From Candidatus Hermodarchaeota archaeon (GTDB lineage: Archaea > Asgardarchaeota > Lokiarchaeia > Sigyniarchaeales > SOKP01), in contig JBHLLO010000017.1 of assembly GCA_048885535.1 (NCBI GenBank), positions 19,993-48,926 of the forward strand: DNA of 28,934 nt, written 5' to 3'. Below, in pieces: positions 8,261 to 16,776 of this stretch. A program made the position numbers and the translations under genes. The notes under the pieces were generated by a model. The model was not told the origin of the DNA. It ran no database searches and was given only the letters and a program-made list of their open reading frames with translations. Each line of letters begins with the position of its first letter. The first letter of the stretch is position 1.

Positions 8261-9505
8261 ATGGTTCGATTCAAGAGTATGGATATATTTCGTTTTGTAT
8301 ATAAAAGTTGGGATAAATATATCAATAAAGTCACTAACTTCTTTACTAAAAAAATCGAACTAATTAAGCCAAATAAGCAATTTTTTAAGTTATCTGGATT
8401 AAGACTTCAATCTATTGATTCCTTTCGTGGTTTGATGATTTTGATCATGATATGGATGCACTTATGCGATTGGTGGTTAATTGAACCAGATCAAGGATTT
8501 TTTTATATTAATTATATAATTATCGATCGAATTATAGGTTCGGGAGGATTTCTTTTTATTTCTGGATTAAGTAGCACTCTATTTGTAAGAAAGAGAATAA
8601 AGAAGGGAATTAATGTGCGGAGAATGAGAACTGAATATTTCATAAGGTTGTTATTTATTTTAATGATAGCAATAGTATTTAATTTATTCGTTGCGATTGG
8701 GGTAGGAAATCCTTCTTTTACTTGGATGTGGTTTCTATTGTTCACACTTTCGATCTCACTGATGATTATTTGGCCCCTTTTAAGATTGAGTAAAATTTCA
8801 AGACTTATTTTGTCTATTTTGATATGGATAATCAACTATTATGTTTTGCTGTTCTTAAAACCATCACAGGGACAAACGAATATTTTGGGAATCTTATATC
8901 ATCTTCTATATAATGCAGAGAATTTAGAGCCAATTTTATCACATTTTAGTTATGTATTAATAGGAACGGTCATTGCAGATATGATTTTTGATATAATCAG
9001 TTCTAAGGATATAAAATCTGTGAAAGATGGTTTAAAAAAGAAAGTATTATATCCTCTTCTGATAATAGGAATAAGTTTAATTACAGTAGGATTGATCTTT
9101 GAATTTCCACTTTCTACGAACTATGCTACATTTTCTTGGAAAGCGATTTCATTAGGGTCAATATTCATTGTATTTTTCCTTTTTCTAGCTTATGAGGTAT
9201 GGAAGCCTTTGAAATTTAAAAAGAGCTTTCGATTCCTTTATCTTTTTTCTTATTATTCTTTGACTACCTATTTAGGTCACCTTACGTTATATCTCCTGTT
9301 TCCAGGTAGACTTCCTTTGATCTTTGCACTTTTTATTATCCCTGGAACGATTATATTAATATTTTTTATACTTCGTTCATTGTATTTTTCGAAATGGAGG
9401 AATTATGTTTCTATAAAAATACAGCTAGCAAGATTCGCAGGAGGTATTATGAAGAGGATTGAAATAAGAAAAAGTTATCACACTGCATTTATGAAATTAA
9501 CCTAA
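8261..9505 (+). CDS. HGSNAT/DUF1624-family multi-pass membrane acyltransferase
   Basis: RLQSIDSFRGLMILIMIWMH, FLFISGLS, SYYSLTTYLGH; about 10 hydrophobic segments. True start may be downstream. Confidence 0.75.
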   Translation: MVRFKSMDIFRFVYKSWDKYINKVTNFFTKKIELIKPNKQFFKLSGLRLQSIDSFRGLMILIMIWMHLCDWWLIEPDQGFFYINYIIIDRIIGSGGFLFISGLSSTLFVRKRIKKGINVRRMRTEYFIRLLFILMIAIVFNLFVAIGVGNPSFTWMWFLLFTLSISLMIIWPLLRLSKISRLILSILIWIINYYVLLFLKPSQGQTNILGILYHLLYNAENLEPILSHFSYVLIGTVIADMIFDIISSKDIKSVKDGLKKKVLYPLLIIGISLITVGLIFEFPLSTNYATFSWKAISLGSIFIVFFLFLAYEVWKPLKFKKSFRFLYLFSYYSLTTYLGHLTLYLLFPGRLPLIFALFIIPGTIILIFFILRSLYFSKWRNYVSIKIQLARFAGGIMKRIEIRKSYHTAFMKLT

Positions 9506-9509
9506 TGAG

Positions 9510-10679
9510 TTAATTATTTGGATAACTTTCAAATAATCTGCCCCATTCTGTCTTCTTAAATTGATTAACTCGTCGTTTTCCAATAGTTGGATACCATATC
9601 ATATCATGATATACCATTGAAGCCATTATTGGTCCAATAAAAAAGAGCTCGTTTTTAAATAAGGGATATATAAATTGTAATGGACCTTTTCTAACCATTT
9701 GATCTCCCCAAATTACTATGCTCCTTTTTACTTTGAATTTCCAATTGATTTTTGAAATATCTTCACCAATTATTTCAATTTGATCAAAATCACCACAACC
9801 TAATCCCATATCATGAGCTAATTTTATAGCGGGCAACTTTAGGGGATCAAAACCCATCATTTTGGCAACTACAGTATCTACAGCAACTTGATCATACCCA
9901 GCCAATACATAGTTTTTAATTCTAGGTATCATGGTTCTTGGTCCGGCCCCATCTCCACAAACAGTTCCATCAACCACAGCCATAATATTGGGATGAATCT
10001 GTTTTTGGATTATTAATAGATCAACAAGCACTTCGCTCATGTATTGGTGTGAAAAATGTCTCTTTTTAGTGAGTAAACCACCAAATGCGTTTTTCATAGC
10101 ACAAGTTATACCTCCATGTTTCATTTCACTCTTAGTTTGTTCTAAAGAACCTCCGATAGCTCCAGTATGTCCATGAGTTTTCATAGTTGGAAGGTGAATA
10201 ATAGATTTTCCTACATAAAATTCAGGGATTCGAAATCCTTCAGGAAATATTTTGGAATCTAAAGCAAGTAATTCTTGCTTCTTTAAGTTCAAAAATTTGG
10301 ATTTTAGAGATTCATAAGGAACAAAAGGAATCCGAGTCAGTGGAATAAACCAAGTATTGTACTTTTTCAATATTGGCCTCCATCGATTTCCCATCAATCC
10401 TTTTTCAATATTTGTTACTACTGTTCTATTTTCTGCTGTAAACAATTTCTGAGGATCGTATCCATCCTCCACCATAGATTTAAGCACTCCTTCTAACTGC
10501 CATGGTGGACTTGAACATGCAGGAAAGAATTTGGACCAGCTTAAATTTAATTTAATAATGATTTTTTCTTGTTTACTAAAAAATTTCTGATATTCCGCTA
10601 TATCTAGTAATGTCTTATAATCTTTTAATACTGAGGAGGGTTTTGTTTTAAGTACAAAGACTTGGTTCATTGCTGCCAT
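9510..10679 (-). CDS. DUF362 domain protein (putative Fe-S/metal enzyme)
   Basis: IIIKLNLSW, PACSSPPWQLEGV, IHLPTMKTH, TCAMKNAFGGLL, VVDGTVCGDGAGP, DQVAVD..AKMMGFDP. Confidence 0.85.
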   Translation of the reverse strand: MAAMNQVFVLKTKPSSVLKDYKTLLDIAEYQKFFSKQEKIIIKLNLSWSKFFPACSSPPWQLEGVLKSMVEDGYDPQKLFTAENRTVVTNIEKGLMGNRWRPILKKYNTWFIPLTRIPFVPYESLKSKFLNLKKQELLALDSKIFPEGFRIPEFYVGKSIIHLPTMKTHGHTGAIGGSLEQTKSEMKHGGITCAMKNAFGGLLTKKRHFSHQYMSEVLVDLLIIQKQIHPNIMAVVDGTVCGDGAGPRTMIPRIKNYVLAGYDQVAVDTVVAKMMGFDPLKLPAIKLAHDMGLGCGDFDQIEIIGEDISKINWKFKVKRSIVIWGDQMVRKGPLQFIYPLFKNELFFIGPIMASMVYHDMIWYPTIGKRRVNQFKKTEWGRLFESYPNN

Positions 10680-10794
10680 AAAAAAAATAATTATTAAAGC
10701 TTTATCTTTTTTATGATTCTTAACAATATTTCAAAGATTAGGGATTTGGTATTATTATATTAAATAATAAAAAAATGTTTAAAGAGAAAAAAAA

Positions 10795-11916
10795 TTAATC
10801 TGAAACATATTCCCAGCCTTCATAGGATTTTTCTGTTTCTTTTTTATATGGTAAACAACTGATATAATGACTTCCTTCTAATTTTATTTCTACAGGATTT
10901 TCAACTCCACACCCCATATGCTCTCCTTTTTCAAAACATCTTGGATGGAATGCACATCCAGAAGGAGGATTTATTGGGCTGGGCACATCTCCTTCTAGAA
11001 TAATCCTTTTCCTTTTAGAAGTGGGATCGAATGTAGGTCTGGCAGATAATAATGCTTTCGTGTATGGATGCTTAGGGTTGTAAAAAACTTCATCTATCGT
11101 GCCACCCTCTACGAATTTGCCTAAATACATAACTTGGATTTTGTCTACTATATGCTGCACTACAGTTAGATCGTGAGTTATAAAAATGTAAGCCAAATTA
11201 AATTGATTTTGAAGATCTTTTAATAAGTTTAGTATTTGTGCTTGAACAGATACATCAAGTGCAGACGTAGGTTCATCTAATACAATTATTTCTGGATTAC
11301 ATGCTAATGCTCGTGCAATAACTATTCTCTGTTTTTGGCCTCCAGAAAATTCATGTGGATATCTATCTAAATGTTCTGCTTTCATTGATACGGTTTCCAA
11401 TAATTCGAGAACTTTTCTGCGGATTTCACTACGCTTTTTTATCCCCATCAATATTCTTAGAGGTTCGCCTATTAAATTTACTACTTTCCAACGTGGATTC
11501 AATGATGAATCGGGATCTTGAAAAACCATCTGAACTTTTTTTCGCATTTGTAATTTTTTTCTTAAGGTTGCCATAGCTTTTCTTTTCCGCCAACCTTTAA
11601 TTCCAGCGGAATCAATCCTTGTGTTTTCATAATAAATTTCCCCTGCATTATTAGGAACCAGATCTAGAATAGTATTACCAATTGTGGTTTTTCCGCACCC
11701 ACTTTCTCCAACTAATCCTAGAGTTTCCCCCTTATAAATTTCGAAAGAAACACCATCGACTGCCTTTACATATCCCACAACTCTTTTAAAAATTCCTCCA
11801 TAAATAGGATAGTAGGTCTTCAAATCCTTTATTGTCAGAATTGGTTTTTTTCCTTCATCTAAATTATCTGATTCTTCAAATTCCTTACTTTCAATCTCTT
11901 TCTCGATAACTGTCAT
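10795..11916 (-). CDS. oppF: Oligo/dipeptide ABC transporter ATP-binding subunit (OppF/DppF)
   Basis: GESGCGKT, QMVFQDP, FSGGQKQR, LDEPTSALDVSVQAQ, HPYTKALL, PSGCAFHPRC. Confidence 0.95.
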   Translation of the reverse strand: MTVIEKEIESKEFEESDNLDEGKKPILTIKDLKTYYPIYGGIFKRVVGYVKAVDGVSFEIYKGETLGLVGESGCGKTTIGNTILDLVPNNAGEIYYENTRIDSAGIKGWRKRKAMATLRKKLQMRKKVQMVFQDPDSSLNPRWKVVNLIGEPLRILMGIKKRSEIRRKVLELLETVSMKAEHLDRYPHEFSGGQKQRIVIARALACNPEIIVLDEPTSALDVSVQAQILNLLKDLQNQFNLAYIFITHDLTVVQHIVDKIQVMYLGKFVEGGTIDEVFYNPKHPYTKALLSARPTFDPTSKRKRIILEGDVPSPINPPSGCAFHPRCFEKGEHMGCGVENPVEIKLEGSHYISCLPYKKETEKSYEGWEYVSD

Positions 11917-11951
11917 TATTATATTCCTTAATTATTTTTTATTTAACTTAT

Positions 11952-13205
11952 TTAAATTAATCTAGATTCACCTTTCTCTTCTTTTGTCCATTGATATTTG
12001 GGAGAGTCTTTATATTTTGGATCATACAGATGACATGCAATATAATATTTATCTCCAATTTCAATGAATTCTGGTTTGACTTTGTCGCAAATTTCTAATC
12101 GTTCATCACATCTTGGATGGAATCTGCAACCAGAAGGAGGATATATCAGATTAGGAACCATCCCTCTTATAGTTTTTAATTTCTTATCTCTCAACTCTAT
12201 ACTTGGAATAGCAGAAATTAAGCCTCTCGTATAGGGATGGCGTGGTTTTTTAAAGAGATCATCAGCAGTAGCATACTCCACAATACTTCCACTATACATA
12301 ACCGCAACTCTATCACATAACTCGGCTATAATTCCTAAATCGTGAGTTATTAATAATATTGAAGTTTTAAATTTATCTTTTAAATCTTTCATTAATTCTA
12401 ATATCTGTGCTTGAATTGTAACGTCTAAAGCTGTTGTTGGTTCATCTGCAATCAAGAGTGCTGGATTACATGATAAAGCCATCGCAATCATTACACGTTG
12501 TCTCATACCCCCACTTAATTCATGAGGATATCGTTTAAGAATTCCCTGAGCATCCGCAATTCCTACTTCTTTAATGATTTTTACACATTTTTCAGTCAAC
12601 ATATCTTTAAACGTCGGGATATGAGCAGTTTCTTTCTTTAATTGAGCGATTTGAGATTGAATTTCCGAAATCTCTTCCTCTGTTAGTCTATCTTTATTGT
12701 TACTTAAATTCTCTTTTAATTCCTTTTTTTTGAGTAGTTTATTTTTCCGTTCTAATTGCTTTTTAGCAAGTTCTTCTTTCATAATATCTTTTTGATGTAA
12801 TAGAAATACCTCCCCCACCTGAGTTCCAACAGACATTACCGGATTTAGTGAATTAAGGGGATCTTGAAAGATCATAGTTATTTTATTACCACGATGCATT
12901 CTCATTTGATTTTTATCTAGATCTAATAAATTACTTTTTTTAAATAATACCTTACCATCAATTATCTTTCCAGGTGCTCTTACTAATTGTAATATTGATA
13001 AAGCAGTGACTGATTTTCCACATCCAGTTTCTCCTACTAATCCAAGTACTTCATCCTCATAAATATCGAAAGAAATACCATCAACAGCTTTTACAATTCC
13101 CTCTTCAGTATAGAAGTAGGTTTTTAGACTTTTAATTTCTATTAATTTTTCTTTTTCAACTTTTGAAGATGTTTCAAATTCTTCTAATTTAGTACTTTCT
13201 ACCAT
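11952..13205 (-). CDS. oppD: Oligo/dipeptide ABC transporter ATP-binding subunit (OppD/DppD) with charged helical insertion
   Basis: GETGCGKS, MIFQDP, LSGGMRQR, ADEPTTALDVTIQAQ, HPYTRGL, GCRFHPRC. Confidence 0.95.
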   Translation of the reverse strand: MVESTKLEEFETSSKVEKEKLIEIKSLKTYFYTEEGIVKAVDGISFDIYEDEVLGLVGETGCGKSVTALSILQLVRAPGKIIDGKVLFKKSNLLDLDKNQMRMHRGNKITMIFQDPLNSLNPVMSVGTQVGEVFLLHQKDIMKEELAKKQLERKNKLLKKKELKENLSNNKDRLTEEEISEIQSQIAQLKKETAHIPTFKDMLTEKCVKIIKEVGIADAQGILKRYPHELSGGMRQRVMIAMALSCNPALLIADEPTTALDVTIQAQILELMKDLKDKFKTSILLITHDLGIIAELCDRVAVMYSGSIVEYATADDLFKKPRHPYTRGLISAIPSIELRDKKLKTIRGMVPNLIYPPSGCRFHPRCDERLEICDKVKPEFIEIGDKYYIACHLYDPKYKDSPKYQWTKEEKGESRLI

Positions 13206-13256
13206 GTTTTTTCTCCAACTAAAAATATTTCCTTATATAAAATAATTAAATATTAG

Positions 13257-14264
13257 CTATAAGTTTTTCAATCTAGGATCTAATGCATCTCGTAATCCAT
13301 CCCCTAATAGCATAAATCCTAGTACTGCTAATAAAATCATAAATCCAGGTCCCATTGAAGCCCAAGGAGATATATAGAGAAATTCTCGTGCTTCAGAAAT
13401 TTCATTCCCCCAATCTATCATTCTAGGGTCGCTAAATCCTAAAAATGAAAGTCCAGCTAAGCTCAATACTATACCTCCTATATCAAAGGTGACAGAAATT
13501 ATTATAGGCTGAATAACATTAGGTAATATATGCCTGAACATTATTCTCCAATTTCCTGCTCCCGCTACTTTAGCAGCTTGGATATAAGGCAATTCTCTCG
13601 CTTGTAATACAGATCCTCTTATCAAGCGAGCATAATAGGGTACTCCAAGAATGCCCCACGCAAACATTATATTTTCAATGCGTGTACCGAGGATTGCCAC
13701 GAAGACTAATGCAAGAATCAAGCCTGGAAAGGCAAGTAATACATCTACTATCCTCATTATAATTGAATCAACCCATCCACCGTAATATGCAGAAATGACT
13801 CCAAAAATGACTCCAAAAATGACGCTAAACCCAATAGCAGGTAGTGCTACTGTTAAAGATGTTCTTGCTCCATAGATCATTCTAGCGAGTACATCCCGAC
13901 CAAATTTAGTTTGACCTAGAGGATGGTTTGGTGAAGGTGCTGCCCAAGCCCCTGGCCACACTCCATTAGCTTGCTCTACAGTGAAAGTCGATATCCAATG
14001 AGGAAATACCGCTAAAGAAATGATTATAAAGACTATAATTATTCCTATTATAGTTAACGTTGATTTAAATCTTCGAATAAATTTTCTCCTGCTAACTGAT
14101 CTTTCGAATTCAAGTTCCCTAAGAGTTAATTCTTCCAATCTAGAAGCCGGAATGAAAATAAATTTAAGATTTTTGAAGATCCAAGAACCAATTTTATTTG
14201 CTGCGCTCTTTTCCTTCTCTACCTTTTCTAATTGAATTTTATAAGTTTTTTCTTCCTGCAACAA
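13257..14264 (-). CDS. oppC: Peptide ABC transporter permease (OppC/DppC)
   Basis: HPLGQTKFGRDVLARMIYGARTSL, EAA-like YIQAAKVAGA, RHILPN, LSFLG, GDGLRDALDPR. TTG start. Confidence 0.95.
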   Translation of the reverse strand: MLQEEKTYKIQLEKVEKEKSAANKIGSWIFKNLKFIFIPASRLEELTLRELEFERSVSRRKFIRRFKSTLTIIGIIIVFIIISLAVFPHWISTFTVEQANGVWPGAWAAPSPNHPLGQTKFGRDVLARMIYGARTSLTVALPAIGFSVIFGVIFGVISAYYGGWVDSIIMRIVDVLLAFPGLILALVFVAILGTRIENIMFAWGILGVPYYARLIRGSVLQARELPYIQAAKVAGAGNWRIMFRHILPNVIQPIIISVTFDIGGIVLSLAGLSFLGFSDPRMIDWGNEISEAREFLYISPWASMGPGFMILLAVLGFMLLGDGLRDALDPRLKNL

Positions 14265-14283
14265 TTCTCACTCTTTATAAGGT

Positions 14284-15303
14284 TTAATACCTAATCCGCG
14301 GATCTAACATCCCATAGATTAAATCTGTTATTAAATTGATAGTAACAAAGATTATTGAGAAGAAGAATACTAATCCATTAAGTACCCAATAATCTGAATT
14401 ACGGATTGACTGAACAAGTAATTGACCGATTCCATATAATCCAAATGTTGTTTCTGTAAGTACAGCCCCCGATAAAAGTCCAGCAAAACTTAACCCTATT
14501 ACAGTAACGGTTGGAATCATCGCATTTTTTCTGGCATGGGTATTAATCACATCTCTTTCTTTACAGCCTTTTGCTCTTGCTGTTCTTACATAATCTTGCT
14601 CTAGTACTTCCAACATGCTGGAACGCGTTTGTCTCACGATCCCTGCTAATGAAATAAAAGATAAACAAAACACTGGCAATATTAAGTGGTATAAATAATC
14701 GGTTATCATATATATCTCTTGAGAAATTAATGCATCTATCCATCTGAAACCAGTAACAAGAGGAGGATCAGGATAGCTATATGTCTTAAATCCAGTTGAA
14801 GGGAAAATAGGCCAAAGATAACCTACTGTATATTGTAATATCATTCCAAGAAAAAACACTGGAACAGCGACTCCTACTAGTGATATTCCTCTAAAAATAG
14901 TATCTCTTGCTTTGTTTCTATGTTTCGCAGAAATAACACCAGTCTTTATACCTACAAAAGCGGCGATAATTATCGATAAAATTGAAATGTCAACAGTTCT
15001 AGGTAAACTAACCATAATTAAATCCCATACATGCATACCTCGAGCAATAGATATAGAAATTCCCCAATTTCCCGTAAATAAATCTCCAAGATACCGAAAA
15101 TATTGTTCATAAATAGGTCTATCTAATCCCAATTGACGTAACACCTGTCTATATACTTCTGGAGATACTCTTCCTTCAGGTAAATATGCTAATACTGGGT
15201 CTCCTGGCATATATCGTGATAGTATAAAAGTTAAGGTCAGTACTCCGAAAAGCACAGGGATCATTGCTAATAGCCTTCTAATAATATATTTTATCATACT
15301 CAT
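14284..15303 (-). CDS. oppB: Peptide ABC transporter permease (OppB/DppB)
   Basis: YIIRRLL, PGDP, GLDRP, DYVRTARAKG, GAVLTETTF, DLIYGMLDPRIRY. Confidence 0.95.
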   Translation of the reverse strand: MSMIKYIIRRLLAMIPVLFGVLTLTFILSRYMPGDPVLAYLPEGRVSPEVYRQVLRQLGLDRPIYEQYFRYLGDLFTGNWGISISIARGMHVWDLIMVSLPRTVDISILSIIIAAFVGIKTGVISAKHRNKARDTIFRGISLVGVAVPVFFLGMILQYTVGYLWPIFPSTGFKTYSYPDPPLVTGFRWIDALISQEIYMITDYLYHLILPVFCLSFISLAGIVRQTRSSMLEVLEQDYVRTARAKGCKERDVINTHARKNAMIPTVTVIGLSFAGLLSGAVLTETTFGLYGIGQLLVQSIRNSDYWVLNGLVFFFSIIFVTINLITDLIYGMLDPRIRY

Positions 15304-15312
15304 AGTCCAAAA

Positions 15313-15320
15313 ACCTCCTT
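15313..15320 (-). promoter_or_regulatory. Shine-Dalgarno site of oppB
   Basis: Minus-strand AAGGAGGT lies 9 nt before the oppB ATG. Confidence 0.7.
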
Positions 15321-15330
15321 AATGATTTTT

Positions 15331-15813
15331 TTACCTTTTTATTATTTTTACTTTTGTTAAATATGTTTTATATTTTTCCTTAGCTATTGCTGCTAAGAAA
15401 GCTGCAAATAAATTTATCCCAAATAAACTTACAATAGTGATATAACTTTCAATTCTTAAAAAATACATTCCTATAACTGTAATATCAAATCTTTCTATTA
15501 TAAAAAAATACCATATCCATGATTCAATTATTATAAAAGGAATTAACCATATACTGTTTCTAATTCCATATTCAAAGAATTGTTCTCTAAATGCCATTAT
15601 AAAAACAATAACTCCAAGAATTATGGCCGAAAGATATGTATAGGGACTGAATAAAACTTGATATAAAAATAGAACTCTTTCACCAATTCCTTTATATGAA
15701 GCAATTGGTGGATGGTACGTATTCGCTAAATAACCAAAAAACACAAAATGAATTAATAATAATCCTAAAATGAAGTTTGTCTGTCTAGCAAATTCAATTT
15801 TTTTAAATTTCAT
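15331..15813 (-). CDS. Hypothetical membrane protein (about 4 TM) inside peptide ABC cluster
   Basis: 160-aa ORF, co-oriented, 27-28 bp gaps to neighbours, four hydrophobic stretches; no family recognised. Confidence 0.8.
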   Translation of the reverse strand: MKFKKIEFARQTNFILGLLLIHFVFFGYLANTYHPPIASYKGIGERVLFLYQVLFSPYTYLSAIILGVIVFIMAFREQFFEYGIRNSIWLIPFIIIESWIWYFFIIERFDITVIGMYFLRIESYITIVSLFGINLFAAFLAAIAKEKYKTYLTKVKIIKR

Positions 15814-15841
15814 AAAATCAATCTCATTAAATTCTGATTTA

Positions 15842-16720
15842 CTATAATAACTTATCTAGATCTATATCTTGAATGCTTATTGTTCTTGTATTCAGTTTAA
15901 TATCTTCAATATCAGAAATATATGATCTTTTATTAATTATTTGATTATCTTTGTAAACTTTTAAGTTTATCGTATTTTTATCGCTAGTCTTTAAAAGATT
16001 TAGATTATAAGAAAAACAATCCAACAAATCATCATAAATTAAATACGGAACAAACCCCATCTCATAAACCTTCTCATTGATTTTATCCTGGACGGGTATT
16101 TTAATAATTAATGGATAAAATTTCTTCCTCCTTTCTAAGTATAATTTTTCTTCCTTAGTTTTATTTTCAACACTTATTTGAAACTCATTCTTTTCAATTT
16201 TATTGCGAAAATAATTAACAATTTTATTACAGTATTCGATTAATGCATTCCTATAATCTTCATGAACTGGATCTACGTTATTCTGAAGTAAATAACTATA
16301 AGTTTTGATAAATTCTGCATTGAGAAATGTAAATGATTCAATTAAATCAATATTGTGAGAACTAAAGTTATTAGATTCCCTCCACCAGCTTTTTACATAT
16401 TTCAGTTCCAATTCTCTTAATGTAAGTTCTTTTTTTTTTAATTTTGCATATTCAATTAGATTTTTTATGCCTATAGAATAAAACAAATTAAAATTAATAA
16501 TTAAATCCAATTTTTCACATAAAGCATCTAACTTCTCGTGATCTAACGTTATAAATAAGGTTGGCTCTCCATTTGATAACTTATCTATTCTCATTGGTAT
16601 AGGTAAAATGGGTATCTTAAAGGTTTCAGTGGGAAAAAAATCAAAATAAAATCCTACAGGAGCGATGTCATCTTTAAAAGATTTTAATTTTACTACTGGA
16701 GATGATTTGAAAAAAGTCAT
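15842..16720 (-). CDS. Hypothetical soluble protein inside peptide ABC cluster
   Basis: 292-aa ORF filling the gap between the SBP and the membrane ORF; no family recognised. Confidence 0.75.
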   Translation of the reverse strand: MTFFKSSPVVKLKSFKDDIAPVGFYFDFFPTETFKIPILPIPMRIDKLSNGEPTLFITLDHEKLDALCEKLDLIINFNLFYSIGIKNLIEYAKLKKKELTLRELELKYVKSWWRESNNFSSHNIDLIESFTFLNAEFIKTYSYLLQNNVDPVHEDYRNALIEYCNKIVNYFRNKIEKNEFQISVENKTKEEKLYLERRKKFYPLIIKIPVQDKINEKVYEMGFVPYLIYDDLLDCFSYNLNLLKTSDKNTINLKVYKDNQIINKRSYISDIEDIKLNTRTISIQDIDLDKLL

Positions 16721-16740
16721 TATAAAAAGTAGGGAATAAT

Positions 16741-16751
16741 AAAAAAAAAAA
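16741..16751 (-). terminator. Oligo-T tract, candidate archaeal terminator after SBP gene
   Basis: A11 on the + strand gives U11 in the transcript, about 25 nt past the SBP stop codon. Confidence 0.5.
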
Positions 16752-16776
16752 GTAATTATTTTAATTAATTTTAATT

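Noticed and set aside
8110-8835. Minus ORFs 8110-8334 and 8512-8835
   Set aside because: Overlap well-supported + strand genes; low-complexity AT-driven translation.
13793-13823. 12-bp tandem repeat (AAAATGACTCCA, about 2.5 copies)
   Set aside because: Simply encodes VIFG-VIFG-VI in an OppC TM helix; not a CRISPR or mobile repeat.
11355-15112. Short ORFs 11355-11576, 14020-14235, 14561-14743, 14912-15112
   Set aside because: Antisense or out-of-frame within opp genes.
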